64,000 bases of DNA from Mytilus edulis (taxonomy: Eukaryota): assembly GCF_963676685.1 (NCBI RefSeq), contig NC_092348.1, forward strand, positions 86,862,001 through 86,926,000. The letters run 5' to 3'. Below, piece after piece: positions 12,201-25,400 of this stretch (position 1 is the stretch's first letter; each line of letters opens with the position of its first letter). Both the position numbers and the translations under genes were made by a program. The notes beneath the pieces were generated by a model. The model ran no database searches. It saw only the letters and a program-made list of their open reading frames with translations, and had not been told where the DNA came from.

Positions 12201-15200
12201 TTATGTCAATGTGTGTGGTGACAACATCTGCACTTATGTCAATGTTTGTGGTGACAAGATAGGCACTTATGTCAGGGTTTGTGGTGACAATATCTGCAAT
12301 TATGTCAGAATTTGTGGTGACAATATCTGTAATTATGTAAATATGTGTGGTGACAACATAGGCACTTATGTCAATGCTTGTGGTAACAATATCAACACTA
12401 CTCTCAATGTATATGTTGACAACATAGGCAGTTATGTCAATATATTTGACAACATCTGCATTTGTGTTGTTTGAGTTCATTCTAACATAAGTGCTTGTGA
12501 TGACAACACTTGTACTCATGTCAACATCTAGACAGCATTAATGTCAATGTTTGAGGTGACAACATATGTACTTATGTCAAGATATGTGCCAGGTGACAAT
12601 AATTGCCATTGTGTTGGTTGAGGTTATCTGTTTTCCCAGAAACTTCAATAACACCCAAATTTTATAATGATTGGTGCATGCAATCAAACACTACTGAAAT
12701 ATTAATAATGGCAGAAAGAAAACAGAAAGTTAAAAGATTGTTTCTGAAATAGCACTGCATTAAATCATATCTTATTCTTACCTCATAATCCTTGAACAAT
12801 TGCTTTAGAAAGAAAACCCAGCCTCCACCAAAAAATAAAACCTAAAGAAAAAACACATAATATTCAAAACATAAGTTCAACATAAATGTATGCAACTGTA
12901 TAATATTCTTCATTTAAGTAACCCTTACCATGTGGGGATTGTAAGTAAATGACTCCCTCTGATTGCAGGTCCAGGTCAATAACCAGACTAAGCCAAAAAT
13001 CAGGCATTTCAAATGATTTGTTTTTACATTCTCGAATTTTTGGTTGAAATAACCTCCTTAAGACTGTCATACCCAGATCAGTGTCATTCAGATCTAAACA
13101 ATATTGATGGTAAACCATTACATGAGACTACTGAGTTAAAATACATCTATAGGCAAACTTTGGTATTTAAGAGGACACGATAAAGAATGAAAAATCAAAA
13201 TTGATATTCTTGCACCAGATGACTAACTTAGGAGCAGCAATTTTAAAATGTCTCTTTGACATATAGACCCTTGTCACATCTCCTTTATTGCATAAAATGC
13301 ATGTATGATAATGACAATATTACCATAATCTTTATCGAATAAAATTACTTTAAAGAATATTTGTTGGACAACACACTAAAGGTCTTTCAATGCTATGAGT
13401 ATGAAGAGCATTTTGTAATAGAATTCTTTCTTGTGATTCTTACCACATCTTCTAATTTACATATTTATATATACAATGTATCTTAATTGGCCTTTTATTT
13501 TTTTTATTCGAGCCTCACTAATGTGTCTTTAATAAGATCTTGAAAATAAAATGAGCATTTGTGGTTAAAAAAAATTAAGTCAGGTATCTACATATCTGAT
13601 GAGTTTATTGGTCAGTGGTCGGTACCTCAAATGACTGAAGAACACTGTTATTATCAGAATAACACTTGTAGTGAATGAATAACACTTGAAATCTAAAAAT
13701 AGCACATATTAGTGACTTTAAAACGTTGATTTTTAAATAATAGTATATTAATTACCAGGCACAATATATACTCAAGACAAACAAATATATTTCACAGCAC
13801 AGGATAAACACTTGACTATACCAATGACAGTCACATATAAAATGTAGAGTTAATGTTAATGAGCAAATATAGCGTCAAGCCATTAAAAATAATAAATATA
13901 ATCATCCAAACAGATTGAATAAACATATGAGCTAGCCGCAGTATAAACAAGCACATCTTATAAATAAGTACATAGAATACAATAAAATTCATAACTAACA
14001 CAGTTGTATGTGGCGGGTGGGAGGGTAAATAATTTCAATGATAAATTTCAAATGTACCGCGAATCCCAAAACAAAGAAATATATAAGAGCGTCCTGTATC
14101 CAGGTAACAAAGTAACCAATCAAAATAAGGAATACTCGGAACAATTTCTTCCGAGTAAATGTAAACAGTGATTCACGTGGTAATTATCCATTTTTATAAA
14201 ATCAAAAATTACACATAAAGGTTTTTATAACTCAGAAATTATATATAAAAAGCAGGTAAGTTCATAAAGATCGTTATAAATATAGTGTTTACTCCAACAT
14301 GGCGACCAAGGATACCGCATTTATTCAATGCCACATGGTCGCCATGTTGGATGTACAAAAATGTACACACTTATTACACTATATTTATAATGATCTTTAA
14401 AAACTTACCTACTTGCTGTAAATCATTTTTAAGTCAATGTTTAAAAGTCACCAATGTGTGCTCATATTAAATTTGAAGTGTTATTCAGTCATTACAAGTG
14501 TGATTCAGATAAGAACGGTGTTATTCGGTCATTCATGTTACCCATCAGTGGTTGTCATCTTTAAAGTCTATTCAATTACACCTTATCGGCCTTTTCAGCT
14601 ACTGTTAGCTTAAAATTGGTTAAATCTTACTCTAATTCCTCAAAATATCCCTTTGCATCGGAACTAAACACATTTAATTTTTTAAAACAGTTATTGGCAT
14701 GACACGGGTTATGTTCTTCTCATATATTTTATGATAGTATGATACTGAACCCCTAACGGGAGGGATTGTGCCTGATATTCATATGATGAAGACATAATCT
14801 TTCAATCAGTTTAATTGAGGTCTGGAGCTGGCATGGCAGTTAACTGCTAGTAGTCTGTTGTTATTTATGTATTTTTGTCATTTTATTTATTTTCTTTTGT
14901 TACATCTTTTGACATCGGACTCAGACTTCTCTTGAACTGAATTTTAATGTGCGTATTGTTATGCATTTACTTTTCTTCATTGGCTAGAGGTATAGGGGGA
15001 GGGTTGAGATCTCATAAACATGTTTAACCCCGTCGCAATTTTGCGCCTGTCCCAAGTCAGGAGCCTCTGGCCTTTGTTAGTCTTGTATGATTTTTAATTT
15101 TAGTTCCTTGTGTATAATTCGGAGTTTAGTATGACGTCCATTATCACTGTACTAGTATATATATTTTAGGGGCCAGCTGAAGACACCTACGGATGTTGGA

Positions 15201-15786
15201 ATTTTCGCTACATTGGAGACCCATTGGTGGCCTTCGGCTGTTGTCTGCTATATGGTCGGGTTGTTGTCGCTTTGACACATTCCCCATTTCCTTTCTCAAT
15301 TTTATTAAAGATTCCAAAATGATCCCGAAATCTTGATATAAATTTAAATCCTGACATCCCGAAATTCGATAAAAAAATTCCCGAACCTCAAAAGTGTCAA
15401 TCTCAAAATCCCGAGCTTAAAAACACTTGATCCCGGAGTCCCAATAAAGGTCCTATCCCCCCTCACAAAATATTACCGTTAATGATTATGTCATTTGGCA
15501 AGAATTTTTACCATTATTCGTCATGAAAGTATCACCATTACCATCCTGTGGCATAGATTCTAGTCTAAATAATTATGATGGTGTCCCAGAATTTTTTTTG
15601 AAAAAAAAGCCTTGTGCAAGATATCATAATATTTGGACTAGCATACTACATAATTGATCATAATTTGTCAAGTTATGAAGTACCATGAATAATCTATATT
15701 CAATCAACAAGTGTGTAAAGTTCTATCATAAAGATACTTGAAACCTGTGAAAAGAACATCAAACAAGAATCCACTAAAAATGACAT
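6103..15786 (-). CDS. GPR89: Golgi pH regulator GPR89/GPHR, coding exons 1-6 (gene continues left of 6103)
   Basis: Exons 15786-15745, 12841-12782, 8816-8713, 7959-7853, 6802-6692 and 6223-6103, all GT-AG and phase-compatible. They give [34 protein letters not shown]...[16 protein letters not shown]...SRYFHWK...[14 protein letters not shown]...[23 protein letters not shown]. Confidence 0.96.
6279..6356. repeat. Short tandem repeat, ~3 x 26 bp (ttttcaattattaacatgtttcttaa)
   Basis: Three near-identical consecutive units in GPR89 intron 5. Confidence 0.85.
6692..6802 (-). CDS. GPR89: GPR89 coding exon 5
   Basis: [40 protein letters not shown] flanked. Confidence 0.95.
7853..7959 (-). CDS. GPR89: GPR89 coding exon 4
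   Basis: [39 protein letters not shown] flanked. Confidence 0.95.
8713..8816 (-). CDS. GPR89: GPR89 coding exon 3
   Basis: ag|[34 protein letters not shown]|gtaagt. Confidence 0.95.
8756..9038 (-). repeat. 3 x ~94 bp tandem repeat of the GPR89 intron 2 acceptor plus the first ~60 nt of exon 3
   Basis: ggacctgaaaca recurs at 8813, 8907 and 9001; acatggtaca recurs at 8756, 8851 and 8945. Confidence 0.92.
9240..12600. repeat. Minisatellite, ~33-bp unit (tgtgtgtggtgacaacatctgtactaatgtcaa), ~100 copies
   Basis: Continuous array with degenerate ends. It accounts for the [11 protein letters not shown] / [11 protein letters not shown] ORFs. Confidence 0.97.
12782..12841 (-). CDS. GPR89: GPR89 coding exon 2
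   Basis: ag|[20 protein letters not shown]|gtaag. Confidence 0.95.
13613..14550. mobile_element. Non-autonomous DNA transposon with long degenerate TIRs (CACTA/EnSpm-like) and an internal palindrome
   Basis: 13613-13737 is an inverted match to 14427-14550. Termini CA(C/G)TG...CAGTG, flanked by GT on both sides (possible 2-bp TSD). Confidence 0.6.
14683..15305. repeat. Interspersed repeat of unknown class, followed by a MITE-end fragment with ATCCCGA motifs (to ~15464)
   Basis: Ends in gggttgttgtcgctttgacacattcccc, similar to the gagagttgtctcattggcactcataccacatc motif seen at ~17940, ~40150 and, reversed, at ~33140, ~51800 and ~54225. Confidence 0.5.
15745..15786 (-). CDS. GPR89: GPR89 coding exon 1
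   Basis: [14 protein letters not shown] followed by GT. Confidence 0.92.
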
Positions 15787-16414
15787 GATGCTGTGGCTGT
15801 AGACTTGGGATCTCCCCTCTGTTCCAACGTCAACATAAACACGTGTCTTTGAAGGGTGACACGAGAAAGGTTCCGAACGGTACAATCATCCCAAATGATA
15901 GGAATAACGCAAATTGTGATTGGATATTGAGCGAACGTCTTATCATTATCATTTTCGTGTTGTATTTTTTTTTAAATCGTCGTCTTTAGAACAATTTGTC
16001 TTCGTTTACAATAAAATTATATTATTTTAAGGTGAAGATTTGAATATTAATAATAAGACTCTAAAAACTTCATGAAATTCATATTTTTCTTTGTTTCGCC
16101 TTAAGAATATTGTCCAATTAAAACATGTCTTTCAAAAGAATCTAAGCATCCATTTGGGGAAGCCCCTACAGCAGCCATGATAATCACGATGGGAAACTTG
16201 CGATTGTCAACATTGGACATGATTTAATGCATACATGTTTTATGAGCCAAACCTATATATTTCATTTGAATGAGATTTATTTACTTTTGTTGTCTTATTG
16301 TATAAAAGATATTTCAGTAGCATTCATGGGGAATTAGCTGCATGTTTTGCTGTGACTGAAATCTTGAGACAAATTCTTGTCCATCAGAGCCAACTTGAGA
16401 CACACGTGTGAACT
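15787..16414. promoter_or_regulatory. Putative bidirectional promoter and 5' UTRs of GPR89 and USP25/28
   Basis: The two start codons are divergent and only 628 bp apart. Confidence 0.65.
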
Positions 16415-16459
16415 ATGACAGTTAAACAACCACCATTGCCTCAGCCATGTCATTCACAG
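16415..16459 (+). CDS. USP25: USP25/28 exon 1
   Basis: [15 protein letters not shown]|gt. Confidence 0.8.
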
Positions 16460-19400
16460 GTCAGAATTTTATCAGGAAATTTTACTTTTTGATTGAATTA
16501 TAACAGTAGAGCATTCTCCTCCTTATCAAATTTTAAGGAAATTAACCACTTACCTCTATGCGATTATGGCTTTATATTTATCTATACTATAGTCCAGACC
16601 ACTCTCTAGCTAAGGTCAAAAAGTGCTTTACCTAGCTGACTGATTATGGCTGGCTAAGTATTTAAGTATCTATTACTCCAGTGAATGCGGTCACACTTTC
16701 CCCTTTCCCCACCTGGAGCAGAGTCATTTTAACCTTAGACAGTTCTAAAACTGCTGACATTCATCATCAATCATGTCCCAAAGACTTTTGAATTTGTACA
16801 CTTTCTCTTAAATATCCTATGTCTAAATGCTTTAACTATTACTTCACAGTAAGACCTCTGGAACACATACATGTACTTAAAAAACTTGTAGATGGTGTAT
16901 TTATACATGTATGACTCTTGACAGAACTCAAACAATTGGATAGATATCATCTTTTACATCTTATACTTGTATATTTAAGATATATTTAATGTGTACATCT
17001 ACATTGTTAAACTTATAGAATTGTTGCTCAATTAATTTTATCACTGAAATAGTTCATGGTTTCCCTTTATGTCCTGTATCAAATCACGAAGTAAAGTACT
17101 GAACATCATAGTACTGCAAGTATTGATGAAAGGTCACAGGCATTTGTCTCAGAAAAAAATTATATCTCTATACCTGATAGTTACATGTGGGTTCAGTTAC
17201 ATAGATTTTTTTTTTACTGAGACAAGTTCCTCTGTGCATGATGAATAAATAACGGGGAATTCAACATCACCATTATTATTATTATATTGCAGTGATACAA
17301 AGTATAATCATTTGTTATATGTATATTTTTTGTTGTTATTATCTTATACATGTATTAATATTTATATAACAGTTTAATATATATATATATAGCAGATCCA
17401 TTATTCCGCATGTGTTTACACAAACTTTTGGTATTCATGATTATTAATGTTACATACTGATATATATTTCTCATGACAAAACATTTTCATATCATTTTAT
17501 TCATTTATCTAAAAGACTTAGTTCTAAAAGCTACATTTTGTACTATACAGTGTATTATATTAGATCATCAGGTTAAGTGACAGTGATATCAGTGTATATG
17601 TATCATGAGAATAGACAGTTTTTGTGTATTTCAGGGAAGAAAACAGGATGAACTTTTGACAGTGTGTAACCAGATAAAGGAAATTACAGGAATACATGAT
17701 GAAAAAGTGATAAAGCGAGCTATTGATGCTTGTCAAGATGAAAATGGACAGTTTAATGTAGAAAATGTTGTGGCAATGTTGGTGGCTGAAGACAGCCAAG
17801 TAACCAACAGTCCTCCTAAAAAGGTAAACATTTTAAAAAATACATGTTTTTTAATGGCTGTTTGGTGTGAGCCAAGGCTTTGTGTTAAAGACGTTATTCT
17901 GACCTATATTGGTTTACTTTTACAAATTGTGACTTAGATGGAGAGTCGTCTCATTGGCATTCATACCACATCTTCTTATATCTATTCAATAATCATATGT
18001 TCATGAAAACTTTATATTGGCGCATAAACTTTTTATGCCCCACCTACGATAGTAGAGGGGCATTATGTTTTCTGGTCTGTGCCTCCGTTCGTTCGTCCGT
18101 TCGTTCGTCCGTCTGTGCGTCCGTTCGCTTCAGGTTAAAGTTTTTGGTCGAGGTAGTTTTTGATGAAGCTGAAGTCCAATCAACTTGAAACTTGATACAC
18201 ATGTTCCCCATGATATGATCTTTCTAATTTTAATGCCAAATTATAGTTTTGACCCCAATTTCATGGTTCACTGAACATAGAAAATGATAGTGCAAAGTTC
18301 AGGTTAAAGTTTTTGGTCAAGGTAGTTTTTGAAGAAGTTAAAGTTACATCAACTTGAAACTTAGTACACATGTTCCCTATGATATGATCTTTCTAATTTT
18401 AATTCCAAAGTTTTGACCCCAATTTCATGGTCCACTGAACATAGAAAATGATAGTGCGAGTGGGGCATCCGTGTACTATGGACACATTCTTGTTATGCCC
18501 CACCTACGATAGTAGAGGGGCATTATGTTTTCTGGTCTGTGCCTCCGTTTGTTCGTCCGTCTGTGCGTCCGTTCGCTTCAGGTTAAAGTTTTTGGTCGAG
18601 GTAGTTTTTGATGAAGCTGAAGTCCAATCAACTTGAAACTTGATACACATGTTCCCCATGATATGATCTTTCTAATTTTAATGCCAAATTATAGTTTTGA
18701 CCCCAATTTCATGGTTCACTGAACATAGAAAATGATAGTGCAAAGTTCAGGTTAAAGTTTTTGGTCAAGGTAGTTTTTGATGAAGTTAAAGTTACATCAA
18801 CTTGAAACTTAGTACACATGTTCCCTATGATATGATCTTTCTAATTTTAATTCCAAAGTTTTGACCCCAATTTCATGGTCCACTGAACATAGAAAATGAT
18901 AGTGCGAGTGGGGCATCCGTGTACTATGGACACATTCTTGTTAGAATTTGTTTTGACCATAAATTATTTTGAAATACAATAGTTGCTCATGTTGCACAAC
19001 TAAAAAGATAATAATGCCATTGTACCACATAATTACTATCATTAAATGTTAACCAATATATATATTCATGACTTTCTTTATACTTTAATTGCAGTCAACT
19101 GTGAATCCGTTACCTCCAAGGACGACAGCTGCAGATACATTAGATGCTAAAGGGAAACCAGGCACTGATTCTACAGCTACACAATCAACAGAAACACAGT
19201 CAACCAGTACAAATAAAAGTCAAGGTATAATTTGTCATTCCCATTTTATTCATTCCAATCAAAAAACTTAAAAGGAAATTAAATAAGTAACACATCTTAT
19301 AAGAATTCTATTCTGCATTACTAATTAAATGCAAAGGAATATAACACCATGCAGTGACATTGTGGAGAGTATGATTTTAAATGTCCATCAGCCAGTAGAG

Positions 19401-22400
19401 TCCTCTAGTCACTTTATATTGACCTGCATAGCTAGTCCTTTCACTATTTATAGTTAGATCCCCTTATAGTTTGAAAGACATTTTTGTGATGTCTGCAAAT
19501 ACTTAGATACTCAAGTATTTCTTGGTAATTCAGTAATCTGTTTCCTGTTACCATGTAAGATATTATCTACTTTCTTTTCATAAAAATTAATTTGCATGTA
19601 CATCAAACAAAAATAGTAAATCTATATAAAAAAAACCCCAGAAAGAGTGCTTTTACTGTGACATATATTTAAGAATATGACAAATTTCTTTGATGTAATC
19701 AACACTTTGTTTGTAAACATGCTTTGTATTTAAAACTCTTTTGATATGAACAACAGGTGTCATAGACTTGACAACAGAAACAAATGAAAGTGACGAACTA
19801 CAGAAAGCAATCGCCGCCAGTCTTCAAGATACACAGGGAATTCTGGGAGGTCAGGTTTCAAAGGAAGAACAGGATATAAGCAGGTTATTTATGAACTGCA
19901 GAAATCTATAAGTTATATAAAAAGCTGGGTTGCTGTCTCATTGACCCACTTCCTAAATCTCTATTTATTTATAATTGATGAACTACGGAAGACTTAATGA
20001 TTCAATTGTATTGCTTGTTATCTAATGTTCTTTATTCTCAATAATAAAACCTCAACCTCAATGTTTTGCTACATGTTCTCATTTAAATAATGATGTAATT
20101 TTTTGATTGAAGAAACCAGTGTATGTAATGTTTTACACAAATCTTTCTTGTACTTTTCAGAGTGTTAGAACAAAGTTTAATAGAAAGTAAAGCTGGGACA
20201 AAACGGAAAAGAGGTGATATATGGTTTGTAGACCCACTTAATCCTCATGAAAGGAAGAGACTAGAAGAATGTCCTGTTGGTTTAAAGAATGTGGGAAATA
20301 CCTGTTGGTTTAGTGCCGTAATACAGGTAATCATACTTACCTGTTGTTTTAGTACTTTTATACTGGTAATCATATTTGCCTGTTGGTTTAGTGCTGTTAT
20401 ACTGGTAATCATATTTACCTGTTGGTTTAGTGTTGTTGTACTGGTAATCATATTTACCTGTTGGTTTAGTGCTGTTATACTGGTAATCATATTTACCTGT
20501 TGGTTAAGTGCTGTAATACAGGTACTCATATTTACCTGCTGGTTAAGTGCTGTTATACAGGTAATCAGATTTACCTGCTGGTAAAGTGCTGTAATACAGG
20601 TAATCAAGAGTATAAAGGTTGAAAAATGCTTGTTTAAATTGAAAACACCTTCAAGACTCTATCAAAATGACCTGGTGTTTTGTACAGACTTTCAGATCTT
20701 GTTATCTGTAAGTATATTTAAAACATTTATTTGACATTCCAGGCTTGCATCTCTGCCCACTTCTGATAAATATTTACCCAAGAAAGAACTTCAAAATCAA
20801 AGAAAACATTTCAGACATTATTTTGAAAAGATTAATTGTTACCTGGAATCTTCATTTGAATTGGCAAAGTTTTTAAATCTTAGTTTAGATTAGCATACAT
20901 TAATGACTAAATGTGGTGAATTTGGAGTATACAAAGTAACAATAATAACATAAACCAGAAGTAATAATTGTGTCACTTTGCGACTTGTATAAGTGAAGGA
21001 TATAATCTGGTAACATTAACATGGTGGTATTCAACATCCACATTAGGAAGATCCAACTGTGGAAGCAAAATCCATCTAACAGAAACATAGTCTCTGAAGC
21101 TACGTAATTTCTTTTATTGGTATGAGTAATACAATAGAAATATATCCATTTTATCATTTCAGTCTTTATTTAATCTCAGAAGATTTCGACATTTGGTGCT
21201 TAACTTCAAACTACCTAAAGATCCTGCACAGGTAAGACAATTAGATGATGTATAAGTAGTGATAAGGGTAATACATGTATTAAAGTACAACCTGATAATC
21301 TACCAATGTAAGCCTGTTAGTTAACCCTCAAAAGGTGCCCTATACCATATATTCAACTTTTTATACGACCGCAAAATTGAAAAAATTTTCGTCGTATATT
21401 GCTATCACGTTGGCGTCGTCGTCGTCGTCGTCGTCGTCGTCCGAATACTTTTAGTTATCGCACTCTAACTTTAGTAAAAGTGAATGGAAATCTATGAAAT
21501 TTTAACACAAGGTTTATGACCACAAAAGGAAGGTTGGTATTGATTTTGGGAGTTTTGGTTCCAACATTTTAGGAATTAGGGGCCAAAAAGGGCCCAAATA
21601 AGCATTTTCTTGGTTTTCGCACTATAACTTTAGTTTAAGTTAATAGAAATCTATGAAATTTTGACACAAGGTTTATGACCACAAAAGAACGGTTGGGATT
21701 GATTTTGGGAGTTTTGGTTTCAACAGTTTAGGAATTAGGGGCCAAAAAAGGGCCCAAATAAGCATTATTCTTGGTTTTCGCACAATAACTTTAGTTTAAG
21801 AAAATAGAAATCAATGAAATTTAAACACAATGTTAATGACTACAAAAGGAAGGTTGGTATTGATTTTGGGAGTTTAGGTCCCAATAGTTTAGGAATTAGG
21901 GGCCAAAAAGGGACCCAAAATAAGCATTTTTCTTGGTTTTCGCACCATAACGTTAGTATAAGTAAATAGAAATCTATGAAATTTAAACACAAGGTTTATG
22001 ACCATAAAAGGAAGGTTGGTATTGATTTTGGGAGTTTTGGTCCCAACAGAATAAGGGGCCCAAAGGGTCCAAAATTAAACTTTGTTTGATTTCATCAAAA
22101 TTGAATAATTGGGGTTCTTTGATATGCCGAATCTAACTGTCATGACTGTGTATGTAGATTCTTAACTTTTGGTCCCGTTTTCAAATTGGTCTACATTAAG
22201 GTCCAAAGGGTCCAAAATTAAACTTAGTTTGATTTTGACAAAAAATGAATCAGTTAGGTTCTTTGATATGCTGAATCTAAAAATGTACTTAGATTCTTGA
22301 TTATTGGCCCAGTTTTCAAGTTGGTCCAAATCGGGGTCCAAAATTAAACTTTGTTTGATTTCATCAAAAATTGAATAAATGGGGTTCTTTGATATACCAA

Positions 22401-25400
22401 ATCTAACTGTGTATGTAGATTCTTCATTTTTGGTCCTGTTTTCAAATTGGTCTACACTAAAGTCCAAAGGGTCCTAAATTAAACTTAGTCTGATTTTAAC
22501 AAAAATTGAAATCTTGGGGTTCTTTGATATGCTGAATCCAAAAATGTACTTATAGATTTTTATACGACCGCAAAATTTGAAAAAATTTTCGTCGTATATT
22601 GCTATCACGTTGGCGTCGTCGTCGTCGTCCGGCGTCCGAATACTTTTAGTTTTCGCACTCTAACTTTAGTAAAAGTGAATGGAAATCTATGAAATTTTAA
22701 CACAAGGTTTATGACCACAAAAGGAAGGTTGGTATTGATTTTGGGAGTTTTGGTCCCAACATTTTAGGAATTAGGGGCCAAAAAGGGCCCAAATAAGCAT
22801 TTTCTTGGTTTTCGCACTATAACTTTAGTTTAAGTGAATAGAAATCTATGAAATTTTGACACAAGGTTTATGACCACAAAAGGAAGGTTGGGATTGATTT
22901 TGGGGGTTTTGGTTCCAACAGTTTAGGAATTAAGGGCCAAAAAAGGGCCCAAATAAGCATTATTCTTGGTTTTCGCACAATAACTTTAGTATAAGTAAAT
23001 AGAAATCAATGAAATTTTAGCACAAGGTTTATGACCACAAAAGGAAGGTTGGGATTGATTTTTGGAGTTGAGGTCACAACAGTTTATGAATTAGGGGCCA
23101 AAAAGGGGCCCTATTAAGCATTATTTTTGGTTTTTGCACCATAACTTTAGTATAAGTAAATAGAAATCTATGAAATTTAAACACAAGGTTTATGACCATA
23201 AAAGGAAGGTTGGGTTTGATTTTGGGAGTTTTGGTCCTAACAGTTTAGGAATAAGGGGCCCAAAGGGTCCAAAATTGAACTTTGTGTGATTTCATCAAAA
23301 ATTGAATAATTGGGGTTCTTTGATATGCCGAATCTAACTATGTATGTAGATTCTTAATTTTTGGTCCCGTTTTCAAATTGGTCTACATTAAGGTCCAAAG
23401 GGTCCAAAATTAAACTTAGTTTGATTTTAACAAAAATTGAATCCTTGGGGTTCTTTGATATGCTGAATTTAAAAATGTACTGAGATTTTTAATTATTGGC
23501 CTAGTTTTCAAGTTGGTCCAAATGGGGGTCCAAAATTAAACTTTGTTTGATTTCTTCAAAAATTGAATAAATGGGTTCTTTGATATGCCAAATCTAACTG
23601 TGTATGTAGATTCTTAATTTTTGGTCCAGTTTTCAAATTGGTCTACAATAAGGTCCAAAGGGTCCAAATTAAACTAAGTTTGATTTTAACAAAAATTAAA
23701 TTCTTGGGCTTATTTGATATGCTTTATCTAAATATGTACTTTGATTTTTGATTATGGGCCCAGTTTTCAAGTTGGTCCAAATCAGGATTCCATATCAAGT
23801 ATTGTGCAATAGCAAGAAATTTTCAATTGCACAGTATTGCACAATAGCAAGAAATATCTAATTGCACAATATTGTGCAATAGTAATTAATTTTCAATTGG
23901 AGTTATCTTTCTTTGTATAGAATAGTAGTTGATAATATATGTTGGAAATTTGCCAGACATGACTATGATGTCATTTTCTATTTTTATTTGCCAATAACTT
24001 TATGTAAATAACTTCATTGGAAATTTGCCAATATAAAATGTTGCTGATGAAGCTTTTTTTCCTTATCTTATCTAAAATGTTTTAGATAATGTATGTTGGA
24101 AATTTGCCAGACATGACTATGATGTCATTTTCTATTTTTATTTGCCAATAACTTTATGTAAATAACTTCATTGGAAATTTGCCAATATAAAATGTTGCTG
24201 ATGAAGTTTTTTTTATTGTTTTATACAATAAACAATGTATATTCACTTTTACTACCAACCAATCTTTACCATTCAGTGATAACAAGCACTTTATTTTACA
24301 TTTTAATATTTTATGATGTATTTAAAAGAGTAGTTATTGTTGCAAACTCCATTAGAAATTTGAATTGATATCAGTTTTGGAAAAAGGGAAACGGGGATGT
24401 GAAAAAAGGGGGGGGGGGGGGGGTTAAATTTTTCTCATTTTAGATTTCATAAATAAAAAGAAAATTTCTTCAAACATTTTTTTGAGAGGATTAATATTCA
24501 ACAGCATAGTGAATTGCTCAAAGGCAAAAAAAAAACTTTTAAGTTCATTAGACCACATTCATTCTGTGTCAGAAACCTATGCTGTGTCAACTATTTAATT
24601 TTAGATTTAAATAAGAAGAAATCTTTAATTGATTTGTAAAATCTTGACATTTGTTTTGTGTAAAAAAAAACATGTAATGTCAAAAATTTGATCACAATCC
24701 AAATTCAGAGCTGTATCACGCTTGAATGTTTTGTCCATACTTGCCCCAACTGTTCAGGGTTCGACCTCTGCGGTCGTATAAAGCTGCGCCCTGCGGAGCA
24801 CCTGGTTTATTATGGGCCCAGTTTTCAAGTTGGTCCAAATCAGGATCCAAAATTATTATATTAAGTATTGTGCAATAGCAAGTCTTTTCAATTGCACAGT
24901 ATTGCGCAATGGCAAGAAATATCTAATTGCACAATATTGTGAAATAGCAAAATTTTTTTTAATTAGAGTTATCTTTCTTTGTCCAGAATAGTAAGCAAGA
25001 AATATCTAATTGCAAAATATTGTGCAATAGCAAGATTTTTTTTTAATTGGAGTTATCTTTCTTTGTCCAGAATCAACTTAAATCTTTGTTATATACAATA
25101 TACAATGTATATTCACTTTTTACTACCAACTGATAAATTAAAATAATCTTTACCATTCAGTGATAACAAGCAGTTTTTTTACATCTTAATATTTTATGAT
25201 GTATTTAAATGAGTAGTTATTGTTGCAAACTCCATTAGAAATTTTAATTGAGATTAGTTTTGGAATAAGGGAAAGGGGGATGTGATTAAAAAAATTGGGT
25301 TCAATTTTTCTCATTTGAAATTTCATAAATAAAAAAGAAAATTTCTTCAAACATTTTTTTGAGAGGATTAATATTCAACAGCATAGTGAATTGCTCTAAG

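Noticed and set aside
10395-12519. Cys-rich and Met/Val/Thr-rich repeat ORFs (antifreeze-like or mucin-like appearance)
   Set aside because: They are translations of a 33-bp satellite open in several frames, interrupted by stops, with no signal peptide or splice context, inside a GPR89 intron.
9240-12600. CRISPR-like regular repeat
   Set aside because: No unique spacers, no cas genes, eukaryotic context.
20327-20607. Multi-pass membrane-protein-like ORF extension and its antisense ORF
   Set aside because: Read-through into the 39-bp intronic array. Homology continues at exon 6 (SLF) directly after VIQ.
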